From Mustelus asterias (Eukaryota), in assembly GCF_964213995.1 (NCBI RefSeq), contig NC_135808.1, positions 43,400,001-43,464,000 of the forward strand: 64,000 nt of DNA. The letters are read 5' to 3'. Of the stretch, positions 48,940-62,953 are shown piece after piece. Numbering within the stretch: position 1 is the stretch's first letter; each line of letters starts with the position of its first letter. Under the pieces are notes generated by a model. It worked only from the letters and a program-made list of their open reading frames with translations, had not been told where the DNA came from and did not search any database. The position numbers and the translations under genes were made by a program.

Positions 48940-49977
48940 CTGCAACAGGAGAAGGAGTGGCAAGACAGAATGTGAAGGAGGCAGAAATATATGCAATCAG
49001 GAATATTGACTTGAAACTAAATTCAGGAAAATAATCATGTGACAATAAAAAAAGTGGAACTGCTGCATATACTGACATCGGTGGAGAGAAAAACAGTTGC
49101 CTTTTCAGAGTTGAATGCGGAACATTTTATTTTCATTGGCGAAGATTTGCAGCAACCACAGTATTTTTGGAAGTACGTAAAACTCGTGCTGAGTTTCCTC
49201 ACTCAAGTTAATACCTCTCTTTGTCACGCAAGTCCATAGGACACTAATGTTTGTCTAACCATTGTCATTGACTGAGCCATCTCCAAAGGGAATCGAAACT
49301 CACGAAATCTGGATTTAAAGTCAATAGTTCGTGTTTCGTTATACAAAAAAGGATGCAAATCAAGAAAGATACGGAAATTATATCTCTGTATTCGCCTCTT
49401 TATCAATCGCATCGGTAATAGAAATTGCACATTCAGACGCTGCTCTGCCTTTCCTGCAAATAAACCTTTCGCGATTTTCCATTAAAATGCACATTAGTGA
49501 AGCAATGTTAATCTCAATTTAATATTCAAGTTTATAATTTACGCAAAGACTCAGGAAGTGAGTATCAGGGTCTTTGACCCCATTTGTAACCGACTCGAGT
49601 TAGGTTTCTCAGTGATTCATTTCAGAACAGCTAATTTTGCATTGGTTTAAATTCGATTGCAGTAGCATAACAAGATTCAAATCATTCCACAGTTCCTGTG
49701 CGGGTGATCCATTTCATGCATCAAGTTTCTGTTCGACACAATAGTGGATTTCAAATAGTAACAAGTGGTGTCTTCAACAATGTTCAAGAGCTTGAAGCAC
49801 TTTCCAACAGTTTGCTTACATGTAATGTTGCTGTTAAAATTTTTAAAAGTTGAACGATTGTCAAAATGACTAGTAATTGTTGCGGTAAGGAGGCATAGAA
49901 AACAAATCCACAGAGTTGGCCCAGATGGTACAATGGTCGACATTGATTAATCACTGGACAGTGATTGGAAAATTGTT

Positions 49978-50110
49978 GGGTGGGGATTTTCGGTCTTCCC
50001 GTCCCAAGACAGAAAATTCCCACCCATTACAGGACTTTTAAATGGTCCGTCAAATTTTCCGTGCCGCCCGCGACGATTCATGCGGCGGGCGGGACAGGAA
50101 AATGTACCCC
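49978..50110. mobile_element. MITE-like element in the GPCR intron
   Basis: gggtggggattttc…gaaaattcccaccc and attttccgtgccgcccg…cgggcgggacaggaaaat internal inverted repeats. Confidence 0.55.
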
Positions 50111-50675
50111 TTTGCTCACGTTAGGCTAACACATGTGATATCAGCATTAGCGATATACGCTGGATGTCATCTCTGGCTCTAGAAAAGCTAGAAAAAGGAT
50201 CGACTATGACTTCCATCACTGAATAAAACAATTGATTTGTTCTGGGTCATAGCTTCACCAACTTGACACCTCGTTTTCAGGTACGTCTGCTGCCATTCCC
50301 AGCAGACGCTCCAACATTCCCCTGTCCCTCAGTTGTAGGAAATATAATGGTCTGCTCAATGTGATGTGGCCTCAGAAAACTTTCGATATGTTTAATCAGT
50401 ATCGCACTGGTGGCAATATTGGGATTGTCCATTGGGGAAAGTTTGAGGGCAATAGATGTAATGTCGACTTTTGGGAGATAACATCACCTTGGCTACTGAT
50501 TATGGATCTCAGTTTATTCCCTCTTCTGGGTGACTTCAGCGAAAAGGGGAATCAGCTTGTGAGGCTTGTGTCACTGAGATCTGACTGATAGGACACCGTC
50601 TTCAGAGGAGCAGAAAGAGCAACATTATTGTTCAACACTTTGAAACATAAATAACCATTGTCAAAAGAGACTTAC

Positions 50676-50745
50676 CAGGAATGCCAAATAGTACGAGAAC
50701 AGGGTAATATATTTTTTCTATCTGGGTAAGTATTGCGCCTGCCAT
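50676..50745 (-). CDS. GPR139/GPR142-like GPCR, exon 1
   Basis: aaaATGG… MAGAILTQIEKIYYPVLVLFGIP(A) |gtaagt; 70 + 890 nt = 960 nt, giving an intact 319-aa 7TM protein. Confidence 0.88.
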
Positions 50746-50838
50746 TTTTTGGAGAAGTCACCAGACTGTTGGCCTTAAGATGAGATGTGTTCATATGACT
50801 ACACAATACCATGTCGGCATATTACACACACACACAGA

Positions 50839-50888
50839 TATATATATACGCCTGAGAGAGCTCTGGTGATGTAGTTACATTACGTAAC
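50839..50888 (-). promoter_or_regulatory. Putative GPCR promoter: (TA)5 TATA-like tract plus PAR-bZIP/NFIL3 D-box
   Basis: ATTACGTAAC (50879-50888) fits RTTAYGTAAY; it lies 30 nt upstream of the TA tract, which is about 95 nt upstream of the ATG. Confidence 0.45.
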
Positions 50889-51611
50889 AACTTGCATTAG
50901 TTACAGTTATTTGAATACATCTAAGTCTGTCCTCGGTACAGCAGTGATTTCCCAATACATTCCCTCCCAATGGTGATCAGCACATCATAACAACAACATT
51001 TAGAACAGATTGAGAATATTCTGGGGCTTTACTCTGCACAGTTGTTAGTCGTGGTGCAAAAATCGTTGTTCCCATTGGTAACGATCCCATCATACCTATT
51101 AACAGAGCAATGCCTTTCAACTTTCTAAACTTGAAAGCGTCTTTTGTGGATCTATTTTTCTTTTCAGTGCATTCTGGATTATTTCCAAATTAACAAAATC
51201 GAATATTTAAACACACGTTGCCGTGGGAATACGCGTTAATTTATTTCTGGATTCTTTATCATTTTTCTCCAAAGTGAATGCTATTATTATCCGGGGCTGG
51301 ATCCTTTCATATTTCTGCCATCCATTGTAACTCGGAAAGAGCACCTGTGAACTATTTTGAGAGGAAAGCACCGTGTTGGACACATTTTCTTGTAAAGAAT
51401 GGTAACATAGCAGCTGCAATGTGAGATAGCGACATTTTCCAACCCAGACATCAGGTGTGCATGTAATGGAATATTCTAGGTCGGACATTAACATTGTGCT
51501 CTATTCCTCTCCCCAGAAGGAACTTGATTGGCTCATCTGACACAAAATGCAGTTCCAGAGTAAGGGGGTTCCAATCAATTTGACTGGGGTCATTTCGGTC
51601 TAAAATGCAAT

Positions 51612-51925
51612 CATAGAATCCCTACAGAGCAGAAGAAGGCCATTCGACCCATCGAGTCTGCACCGACCACAATCCCACCCAGGCCCTATCCCCGTAACCC
51701 CACGCATTTACCCTGTTAATCCCCTGACACTAAGGGGCAATTTAGCATGGCCAATCCACCAACCTGCACATCTTTAGAGTGTGTGAGGAAACCGGAGCAC
51801 CCGGAGAAAACCCACGCAGACAAGGGGAAAATATGCAAACTCCACACAGTGATCCGAGGGTGGAATTGAACCTGGGTCCCTAACGTTGTGAGGCAACAGT
51901 GCGAACCACTGTGTCATCGTGCCGT
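51612..51925 (-). mobile_element. HE1-type SINE
   Basis: Reverse complement of head, core and tail. Confidence 0.85.
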
Positions 51926-53029
51926 GCGCAATGGTTACAGGCTGGCATCAAGATGTTTGGCACTTGATACTTTTCCAAATTCCATACTAAAAGCATGGTG
52001 CCACAGATAGATCAATTGTTCAGATTGGGTGCAGGAAGATGGAAACAGGGGATTGAATATTTAATGGAAGAGGCAGGCTTTTCTGCGTCGGCAGTTTGGT
52101 ACACTGATGTGTTGGCTGGCTTCTGTCAGAGTTCAGCATCTTAATGAGACACTGCATTCTGGGTGCAGAAGGGAAGCAGATTAGTGACTGTAATCCATTT
52201 CGGTACCAACAAGCTGATGTGTATGAGGGATGAGGAACTGCAGGAGTATACCAGGACGCTAGGATGGAGGTTGGGAAGCAGCATCTGAAAGGCAGCAATC
52301 TCGATATGTTTGCCATTCTTACAAATAGCTATAGATGTAGATATAGGGAGAAAAAATAGAGGAATGTGTAGCTTCCGAAGGGAAGGCTTTAGATCCCGAG
52401 GACAGTTCGAATGGCCACCCTGTGATTGGTTCTATAATGGCCGGAAGGCTTTCGCAGCAGGGACAGGTCTGGGAGGGGCTCAAACTAGGATGTCACAGAA
52501 TAAGGGAGAGGAAAAGTGCACAAAGGATATGGGAGCGAGTAAGAGATACAGTATGCCGTATTGTGTGGTCAGGTGAAGAGGAATTCAGGGAATAAGGTCA
52601 AATCTGTGTTTACAGTGGATTAATATAAACGCATGGACACTTGTGTATAGGCTGGACAAGATCATAGAAATCATAGAAACCCTACAGTACAGAAAGAAGC
52701 CATTCGGCCCATTGAGTCTGCACCGACCACAATCCCACCCAGGCAATATGCAGGCGTAAATAATCACATGGGATTTTGTGCTGGTCATGAAGCATAACAT
52801 GGCTGGGCCATGGCGGAATGAATCCCAAAAAGACTGGGGAGGAAGGTGGTGCTGCTGGCAAATTCATTCACATGAAGCAATGTGTATTATTCTGCTTTGC
52901 TCTTCAAATCCTTCACCTGTGGGTTCACTCAACTGCTGCTGCCTGGAATGCACTGGTGTCGTATTTGTGCATGTGTGTCAGGGGCTCAGCATGCATGTTG
53001 AGGGGGGGGGGGGGTGGTGGGAGGGAGAG

Positions 53030-54110
53030 GGTGTCATAGAGTCATAGAGGTTTACAACATGGAAACAGGCCCTTCGGCCCAACTTGTCCTTGTCTATGCC
53101 CCTCATTATTTTATAGACCTCTATAAGATCACTCCTCTGCCTTCTACGCTCCAGAGAAAAAAGTCCAAGTCGATCCAGCCTCTCCTTATAACTCAAACCA
53201 TCAAGTCCTCGTAGAATCCTAGTAAATCTTTTCTGCACTCTTTCTAGTTTAATAATATCTTTTCTATAATAGGGTGAACAGAACTGTACACAGCATCCCA
53301 AGCATGACCTTAGCATGTCTTGTACAACTTCAACAAGATGTGCGGGTTAGGTTGATTGGCCATGCTAAAATTTCCCCTTAGTGTCCTGAGATGCGTAGGT
53401 TAGAGGGATTAGCGGGTAAATGTATAGGATATGGGAGTAGGGCCTGGATGGGATTGTGGTCGGTGCAGACTTGATGGGCCGAATGGCCTGTTTCTGCACT
53501 GTAGGGTTTCTATTTCTATGATTCTAAGTTGTCCCAATTCCTGTATTCAATATTCTGACCAATGAAACCAAGCATGCTGAATGCCTTCTTCACCACTCTG
53601 TACACCTGTGACTCCACTTTCAAGGAGCTATGAACATGTATCCCTGGATCTCTTTGTTCTGTAACTCTCCCCAACGCCCGACCATTAACTGAGTAAGTCC
53701 TGCCCCGGTTCAATCTACCAAAATGCATCACCTCGCATTTCTCTAAATATAACTCCATCTGCCATGAGTCTACCCACTGGCCCAATTGATCAAGATCCCG
53801 TTGCAATCGGAGATAACTTTCTTCACTGCCCACTATGCTACCAACCTTGGTAACATCAGCAAACTTACTAACCATGCCTCCTATATTCTCATCCAAATTA
53901 TTAATATAAATAACAAATAACAGTGGACCCACACTATTCTCTGAGGCACACTGCTGGTCACAGGTCTCCAGTTTGAAAAACAACCCTCTGCAACCACCCT
54001 TTGGCTTCTGTCATCAAGCCAATTTAGCTACCTCATCCTGGATCCCGTGAGATTTAACCTTATGCAACAACCTACCATGCGGTACCTTGTCAAAGGCTTT
54101 GCTAAGGTCC
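53030..54110 (-). mobile_element. CR1 fragment with nested partial HE1 SINE (53335-53522)
   Basis: ORFs 53516..53983 and 52978..53316 carry CR1 RT motifs. Confidence 0.85.
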
Positions 54111-55284
54111 ATGGGTGGGGGTGATGAAGGATGGAAGTTGGCAATGCCAGAAACTTGGAAGGCTGTCTCTGTATCAATTGGAGTTTGGAAGATTAAGAAG
54201 TGGTGCAGACTCGATGGGCCGAATGGCCTCCTTCTGCACTGTAGGGTTTCTATGTTTTCTATCTATGTCTATGTGAGGCACCTATAACCAACCATACAAT
54301 TGGTAGCTTTTGCATCTTTATGTGGGACAATTTATTCGAGAAACCACATTCGCTATGTAGCTGCTTTAGAAAATACTTGCTCATCATCCCTCCCCTTGCA
54401 ACATTGGCTAGTCTACGTAATCAGCAATTTACTCTATAACTAGTCACTAACTGCATTGTTAGTCAGGCTATTGATTCTGTTGGCAATTGTGTATAGTTAT
54501 CTTCCATTACTCGCTGTGTATACAATGGTTTATTCGTTCATTTCCTTAAAATATTTTGCAGAATGAAGGCGTTTTATTCAATGTCTGGCACAAATTTATT
54601 TCCCTATACTTTTATCCTATCCCACTACCTAGTCAATCACTGGAGTTAAAGTTTGCAAACTTTGCGTTCTATTCGACCTGTAATAACCGCTTGATCTCAT
54701 GCTTTCCCTTTTCACCAAAGTTAATATGCAATGCCCGCCTCAATAACAAACCTTCGCCATTGTCTCAGCCTATTTTCTGTTGAAACCTGGATCCATGATC
54801 TTGCTCTATCCAAACTGGACGAGTCAAAGCTCTCCTGGTTCACCTCCTTCCTGATATTCAGATTCAAATTGATAAATCAATTAGCTTCACCCATCACCCT
54901 GCTACTCACTGACACATGTAAAGTGCTTTTCCAACTGCAAAGCAACGGCTTGATTTTAAGTCGATAATTCTTGTTTTGGAACTTAATTACAAGGTCTTTC
55001 CAATTACTGCCACACGCCTGTCCTTTCCCTGTCATTCTTATCTGTTTACTCATGCAAATATTCAACAAATTCTCTTCAAAAACTTACCATTATAAGTGCG
55101 TCCATCATAGCTTAAAAGAGTGGGTAAAAATAACAGATAGTATATATCGTGGTAAATACTTTGGTAGAAATAGTAGAACAACGCATTATTTAAATGGAAA
55201 AAGACCACTGAATGTTGCAGTTCAGAGAGATCTGGACATCCTCAATCATGAGTCACAAAAAAATCTGAATAAGTTGAGTGTGCA

Positions 55285-57035
55285 AACTTTAAATAAGTTT
55301 TTTGTGTCGGTCTTCACGGTGGAAGACACAAATAGTTGACTGAATATGAACGATAGATGGTTGGTAGGAGGAGAGGTACTCAATACAATTAATGTTACCA
55401 GGGAGGCAGTGCTTGGTAGACTAACGGGACTGAAGGTGGACAAGTCCCCGGGCCCGGATGGAATGCATCCCAGGGTGCTGAAAGAAATGTCAGAGGTAAT
55501 AGCAGATGCGTTAGTGGTTATTTATCAAAATTCGTTGGATTCTGGGGTAGTGCCGGTGGATTGGAAAATGGCTAATGTTACGCCGCTGTTTAAAAAAGGA
55601 AATAGACAAAAGGCAGGTAACTACAGGCCGGTTAGCTTAACGTCTGTAGTTGGGAAAATGCTGGAATCCATCATTAAAGAAGAAATAGCACGCCATCTGA
55701 ATAAGAATGGTTCGATTAAGCAGACGCAGCATGGATTCATGAGGGGAAAGTCATGCTTGACGAACTTGTTGGATTTTTATGAAGATGTGACTAGTGTGGT
55801 TGACGGAGGGGAACCGGTGGATGCGGTGTTTTTGGATTTCCAAAAGGCGTTTGATAAGGTGCCTCACAATAGGTTGCTGAAGAAGATTGGGTCACACGGA
55901 GTTGGGGGTAGGGTGTTAGCGGGGATTGGGGATTGGCTATCCGACAGGAAACAGAGAGTCGGAATAAATGGGTGCTTTTCTGGTTGGCGGATGGTAACGA
56001 GTGGTGTGCCGCAGGCATCGGTACTGGGGCCTCAACTATTTACCATTTATATAGACGATCTGGAGGAGGGGACTGAGTGTAGGGTAACAAAGTTTGCAGA
56101 CGACACAAAGATAAGTGGAAAAGTGAATCGTGTGGAGGGCGTAGAAGGTCTGCAGAGAGATTTGGACAGGCTGAGTGAGTGGGCGAGGATCTGGCAGATG
56201 GAGTATAACGTTCACAAATGTGAGGTTATTCACTTTGGAGGAAATAATAGCAAATTGGATTATTATCTAAATGGAAAAAAATTACAACATGCTACTGTGC
56301 AAAGGGACCTGGGGGTCCTTGTGCATGCGACGCAAAAACACAGTCTGCAGGTGCAACAGGTGATCAAGAAGGCAAATGGGATGTTGGCCTATATCGCAAG
56401 GGGGATAGAATATAAAAGCAGAGATGTCTTGCTGCATCTGTACAGGGCATTGGTGAGGCCGCAGCTGGAATACTGTGCGCAGTATTGGTCCCCTTATTTG
56501 CGGAAGGATATATTGGCCTTGGAGGGAGTGCAGAGAAGGTTCACCAGGTTGATACCAGAGATGAGGGGTGTTGATTATGAGGAGAGACTGAGCAGATTGG
56601 GTTTGTACTCGTTGGAACTTAGAAGGCTGAGGGGGGAATCTTATAGAGACCTAAAGGATAATGAAGGGGCTGGATAGGGTAGAGGTGGAGAGATTCTTTC
56701 CACTTAGAAAGGAAGCTAGAACTTGAGGGCACAGCCTCAAAATAAAGGGGGGTCAGTTTAGGACAGAGTTGAGGAGGAACTTCTTCTCTCAGAGGGTGGT
56801 GAATCTCTGGAATTCTCTGCCCACTGAAGTGGTGGAGGCTACCTCGTTGAATATGTTTAAATCACGGATAGGTGGATTCCTGATCGGTACGGGAATTAGG
56901 GGTTATGGGGATCAGGCGGGTAAGTGGAACTGATCCACTTCAGATCAGCCATGATCTCATTGAATGGCGGGGCGGGCTCGAGGGGCGAGATGGCCGACTC
57001 CTGCTCCTATTTCTTATGTTCTTATGTACTTATGT
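55285..57035 (+). mobile_element. CR1 LINE with a 443-aa open RT region, frameshift near 56635
   Basis: KSPGPDG, NYRPVSLTS, DFQKAFDKV, KFADD, LVRPQLEYC; tail ttcttatgttcttatg. Confidence 0.93.
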
Positions 57036-57284
57036 TCTTAATTGGAAATGCCGATGGAACGTTGGCCTTTATTACAAGGGGAAATTGACAAGACATGGAA
57101 CAAAGTATTGCTAACACTGCACAGGGCATTGTTGAGACCACACCTAGAATACCGCATGCAGATATAGTCTGCTTATTTTAAAAAAACATTATGCTTGGGT
57201 GACAGTAAAAAGAGCGTTCACTCGGTTGATTTTTGGGATAACTGGATTGCCTAATGAAGATGTACAGAACATGTTGGTATTAGA

Positions 57285-60055
57285 CAAAGACAAAGAACAA
57301 AGAACAATGCAGCACAGGTACAGGCCCTTCGGCCCTCCAAGCCTGCGCTGCTCATGTGCCCACTAGACCATTCTTTTGTATCCCTCTATTCCCAGTCTGT
57401 TCATGTGGTTATCTCAATACGTCTTAAACGATCCCAGTGTGTCCGCCTCAATCACCTTGCTTGGCAGTGCATTCCAGGCCCCCACCAACCGCTGTGTAAA
57501 ATACATCCCCCTGACATCTGTGTTGAACCTTGCCCCCCTCACCTTGAACCCGTGACCCCTTGTGTTCGTCACCTCCGACCTGGGAAAAAGCTTCCCACTG
57601 TTCACTCTATCTATGCCCTTCATCCTCCGTCTTTCCAGGGAGAACAACCCCAGTTTACCCAATCTCTCCTCATAGCTAAGACCCTCCATACCAGGCAACA
57701 TCCTGGTAAACCTTCTCTGTACTCTCTCCAAAGCCTCCACGTCCTTCTGGTAGTGTGGCGACCAGAACTGGACGCAGTATTCCAAATGTGGCCTAACCAT
57801 CGTTCTATTCAGCTGCAACATCACATGCCAACTTTTATACTCTATGCCCGTCCAATAAAGGCAAGCATGCCATATGCCTTCTTCACCACCCTCTCCACCT
57901 GTGCTGCCACCTTTAAGGATCTGTAGACTTGTACACCCAGGTCCCTCTGTGTGACTATGCTCCTGATGGTTCTGCCATTTATTGTATAGTTCCCTCTTAC
58001 ATTAGCTCTACCGAAATGCATCACTTCGCTTTTATCTGGATTAAATTCCATCTGCCATTTCTCCGCCCAATGTTCCAGCCTATCTATATCCTGCTGTATT
58101 CTCTGACAATGTTCATCACTATCCGCAACTCCAGCAATCTTCGTGTCATCCGCAAACTTACTGATCACACCAGTTACATCTTCCTCCAAATCATTTATAT
58201 GTATCACAAACAGCAGAGGCCCCAGTACAGAGCCCTGCGGAACACCACTGGTCACAGACATCCAGCCAGAAAAAGAGCCCTCCACTGCTACCCTCTGTCT
58301 TCTATGGCTAAGCCAGTTCTCCACCCATCTAGCTAGCTCACCTTTTATCCCATGAGATTTAACCTTTTGCACCAGCCTACCATGAGGGACCTTGTCAAAC
58401 GCTTTACTAAAATCCATATAGACGACATCCACGGCCCTTCCCTCGTCAATCGTTTTTGTCACCTCCTCAAAAAACTCAACCAAATTTGTGAGGCATGACC
58501 TCCCTCATACAAAACCATGCTGTCTATCACTAATGAGATTCTTCAGTTCTAAATGCGCATATATCCTATCTCTAAGAATCTTCTCCAACAACTTCCCTGC
58601 CACGGACGTCAAGCTCACCGGCCTATAATTACCCAGGTTATCCTTGCTACCCTTCTTAAATAACGGGACCACATTTGCTATCCTCCAATCTTCTGGGACC
58701 TCACCTGTGTCCAGTGAAGAGACAAAGATTTCTGTTAGAGGCCCAGCAATTGCATCTCTCGCCTTCCTGAGGAGTCTAGGATACACGCCATCTGGCCCTG
58801 GAGATTTGTCTGTCTTAATGTTTCCTAAAAAACCTAACACTTCCTCCCTTGTAATTGAGATTTTTTCTAACGGGTCAACACATCTCTCTGAGACACTACC
58901 AGTCAGCATGTCCCTCTCCTTTGTGAATACTGATGCAAAGTATTCGTTTAGGATCTCTCCTACTTCCTTTGGTTCTAAGCATAATTCCCCTCCTTTGTCC
59001 CTGAGAGGTCTGATTCTTTCCCTAACAACCCTCTTGTTCCTAACGTATGTATAAAATGCCTTAGGATTTTCCTTAATCCTGTCTGCCAAGGACATTTTGT
59101 GACCCCTTTTTGCCCTTCTAACTCCCTGTTTGAGTTCTTTTCTACTTTCTCTGCATTAATCCAGTGCTCCATCTGTTTTTAGCTGCCTGGACCTCATGTA
59201 TGCCTCTTTTTTCTTTTTGATTAGACCCACAATTTCACTGGTTATCCCCGGCTCTCGAATCCTACCATTCCTATCCTTCCTCTTTGCAGGCACATGCCTG
59301 TCCTGCAGTCCTATCAACTGGTCCTTAAAAGACTCCCACATGCCAGATGTGGATTTACCCTCAAACAGCCTCTCCCAATCAACAGCCACCAAATCCTGCC
59401 TAATCCGGCTGTAGTTAGCCTTCCCCCAATTCAGCACCTTACCCATAGGACAACACTCATCTTTTTCCATTACTATCCTAAAGTTTACAGAATTGTGGCC
59501 ACTATTTCCCACATGTTCCCCTACTGAAACTTTGATGACCTGACCGGGCTCATTCCCCAGTACTAGGTCCAGTAAAGCCCCCTCTCTCGTTGGACTGTCA
59601 ACATATTGTTCCAAAGAACCTTCCTGTACGCATTTTATAAATTCTTCCCCGTCCAGGCCCCCAGCCCTAAGCGATTTCCAGTCTATACAAGGGAAATTAA
59701 AGTCTCCCACAACAGCAACCCTATTTTTTCTGCACCTGTCCAGAACCTCCTTACATATCCGTTCCTCAACTTCCCGTGGGCTGTTGGGAGGCCTGTAGTA
59801 TACCCCCAGCATAGTGACTGCGCCCTTCCTGTTTCTGAGCTCCACCCACAGTGACTTGTTACCTGACCCTTCCAAATTGTCCACCCTCTGTCCCGCTGTA
59901 ATATGCTCCCTAACCAGCATTGCTATTCCCCCACCTCTCCTCGCCCCTCCTCTGTCTCATCTAAAACACTTATACCCCGGAATATTCAGCTGCCAGTCCT
60001 GTCCTTCTTTTAACCAAGTCTCCGTCACTGCAACCACATCCAAGTTCTGTGCAAT
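57285..60055 (-). mobile_element. CR1 LINE, near-complete ORF2 (EN + RT) with frameshifts
   Basis: ORFs 59156..59920, 58505..59095, 57842..58483 and 57414..57824; (gttcttt)n tail. Confidence 0.93.
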
Positions 60056-60242
60056 CATGCTAATATTCGTTGGAATTTGGAGAGACGGAAGTGATCTCTT
60101 CAAAATCTTAAATATTCTGAGGGGCCTTGAAAGGGTGACATGCTCCGAGAATTTTTCCCGTGACATCTTCAATACCAAATATCCACCCGCACCATCACTC
60201 ACACCTGCAGCAACATGATGTTATACATGACCTTTTTTTATT

Positions 60243-60592
60243 GGGCGGCACGGTAGCACAGTGGTTAGCACTGCTGCTTCACAGCTCCAGGGACCTGGGT
60301 TCGATTCCCGGCTTGGGTCACTGTCTGTGTGGAGTTTGCACATTCTCCTCGTGTTTGCGTGGGTTTCCTCCGGGTGCTCCGGTTTCCTCCCACAGTCCAA
60401 AGATGTGCGGGTTTGGTTGATTGGCCATGTTAAAATTGCCCCTTAGTGTTCTGAGATGCGTAGGTTAGAGGGATTAGTGGGTAAAATATGTAGGGATATG
60501 GGAGTAGGGCCTGGGTGGGATTGTGGTCGGTGCAAACTCGATGGGCTGAATGGCCTCTTTCTGTACTGTAGGGTTTCTATGATTTCTATGAT
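60243..60592 (+). mobile_element. HE1 SINE, full length
   Basis: Matches 13402-13748. Confidence 0.9.
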
Positions 60593-61939
60593 TGCATCAG
60601 TCTCGCTTTGTCCCAGTGAGGTTGGTTGCCAACTCCAAGAATATTTATATTTCCAAGTTTAGTTTCAGCTCAGTTTGATATTGTTCATTGTATAAACAAG
60701 TCCAGTCATTTAAAAATAAAGTGTGATCACAATGACTAACACGGGGGAATGTCACTGTCTACCTCATTGTTGTCTGAAAAAAAAGAAACCATTCAATCAT
60801 ACAGCGTCACATCCAAACAGCAAATACCCCGTTACTATAAATGATCTATCTTTGCAACATGTCAATTATGCATTTAGAAAAGATATGAAAATTAGAAACG
60901 TGAAAGCATTAGGAAAATCTGTCCTGAAGTTTGCGACTATCAACCTCCCAAATTTAGTTTTGATAAACCCAAAGCAAATTACTGCAGATACTGGAATCTG
61001 AAACAAAAACAGAAAGTCCTAGAAAATCTCAGCATGTCTGACAGTATTTGTGGAGAGGGAATAATGGTAAATTTCCAAGCTGGTAGAAAAGGTATTCTCT
61101 CAAACACATTCACATTTACATTTGACTCTCTATTGTTATAAGAATAAAAGTTAACTTGTATTAATGTCAGAAGCAGGATAAGCAAGGGGATTGGCCATAA
61201 TGAAGGGTTATGCTTGTGATACATTCTAAGTACAAAGTTCAACCTTTTCGGTACAAAATACATTAACCCTTTAGGTACAAAATACATTGAGTACAAAAAA
61301 CATTAACCCTTTCACTTCTTCAACAGGAAGGATGTAAATGCATTGGAGCCAGTGCTGAAGAGGTTTACAATACTGGGTCCATGAATGAAAAATTCAGCAA
61401 CCAGAATAGATTGGAGAGTTTTGCACTGTTTTCTTTGCAGAGAAGAAGAAGAGGAGGAAATTTGATATATGCGCTCAAAATCATGATAAGGCTGGATATG
61501 GTTGAGAAGGAGAAACTGTTCCTGCTCGTGAACGGATTAAGAATGAAAGGGCATAGGTTTAAAGTGATTTAGAAAAAAAAAGTGATGTGAGAAGGAAACT
61601 GTCTTCCACAATGAATTGTTCGGGTCTGGAATGAACTGCCGATTCAACCCAATTCAACCCAACTATTCAAAAGGGCATTGAGTCGTTATTCAAATAGAAA
61701 CAATGTGTAGAGCAACGGGGAAAAGGCAGGGGATGGCAATAAAGCCATTGAAAACCCGATGGGCTGAATATCTTCCTTCTGCCCTGTAACAATTCTGTGA
61801 TTCTATGATTACAGAAATATACAGTGAATTTGCAACTATTTGTAGATTCATGCAATAGCTGGACTAATGTTTTAAAAGAGGCCTGATTATCATTAAATTT
61901 GCTTATCTCAAAACATCATGTAACCATTTTCACGTGACA

Positions 61940-62555
61940 GTCATAGAGTCATAGAGGTTTACAACATGGAAACAGGCCCTTTGGCCCAACTTGTCCATGC
62001 CACCCTTTTTTTTAAAACCCCTAAGCTAATCCCAATTGCCCGCATTTGGCCCATATCCCTCTATACCCATTGTACCCATGTAACTATCTAAATGCTTTTT
62101 AAAAGATAAAATTGTACCCGCCTCTACTACTACCTCTGGCAGCTTGTTCCAGACACTCACCACCCTCTATGTGAAACAATTGCCCCTCTGGACACTTTTG
62201 TATCTCTCCCCTGTCACCTTGAACCTATGCCCTCTAGTTTTCGACTCCCCTACCTTTGGGAAAAGATATTGACTATCTACCTTGTCTATGCCCCTCATTA
62301 TTTTATAGACCTCTATAAGATCATCCCTCAGCCTCCTACGCTCCAGAGAAAAAAGTCCCAATCTATTCAGCCTCTCCTTATAACTCAATCCATCAAGTCC
62401 TGGTAGCATCCTAGTAAATCATTTCTGCACTCTTTCTCGTTTAATAATATCCTTTCTATAATAGGGTGGCCAGAACTGCACACAGTATTCCAAGTGTGGC
62501 CTTACCAATGTCTTGTACAACTTCAACAAGACATTCCAACTCCTGTATTCAATGC
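61940..62555 (-). mobile_element. CR1 3' fragment (same family as 6015-7053)
   Basis: ORF 62167..62409 and shared tail. Confidence 0.88.
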
Positions 62556-62746
62556 ACAATGTTGTCATATGTTTTCATAACACCTATGCGTTTGGTATCT
62601 AATCCCTGCTCCAGTAGAAATATGTTTTATGCACAAATCCATCACTCCTGCAATAATAATGCTACATATGTCACCTTAATTTGCGCTAAGCTGCTGCTAT
62701 TCAAAGTCTGGTATATAATTTATCTGTTTATTTCCCTTCCTTACAG

Positions 62747-62953
62747 TCAACCTGTTGACGATTTTTATCTGATTCAAGGAAAGTGTGATCTCTCCAAGTG
62801 TGTTCATCGTTATTTGGTGGCCATGGTCTTTGCAGATCTACTGGTTATTATCGCTGATCTGATCTTGAGGCAGATTGCAATTCTTTATCAAGAACATTTC
62901 ATTTTCATGTATACCTCCACGTGAGGAATATCCACGCTGCCCTCCTTTATGCA
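62747..62953 (+). pseudogene. Second GPR139-like GPCR, start of exon 2, frameshifted and cut by a Penelope insertion
   Basis: cttacag|TC AAC CTG TTG ACG ATT…; after a frameshift IQGKCDLSKCVHRYLVAMVFADLLVII; after another, NIHAALLYA. Confidence 0.8.

Noticed and set aside
48940-49078. N-terminal 46 aa of ORF 48050..49078 as the GPCR start
   Set aside because: Intronic: there is a strong acceptor at 48940 and an in-phase exon 1 at 50676-50745.
54480-54530. Candidate exon 1 for the GPCR pseudogene at 62747
   Set aside because: Weak similarity only; no ATG or splice donor.
61228-61313. Short repeated tacaaaatacatt units as a CRISPR-like array
   Set aside because: Local slippage duplication without unique spacers; eukaryotic DNA, no cas genes.
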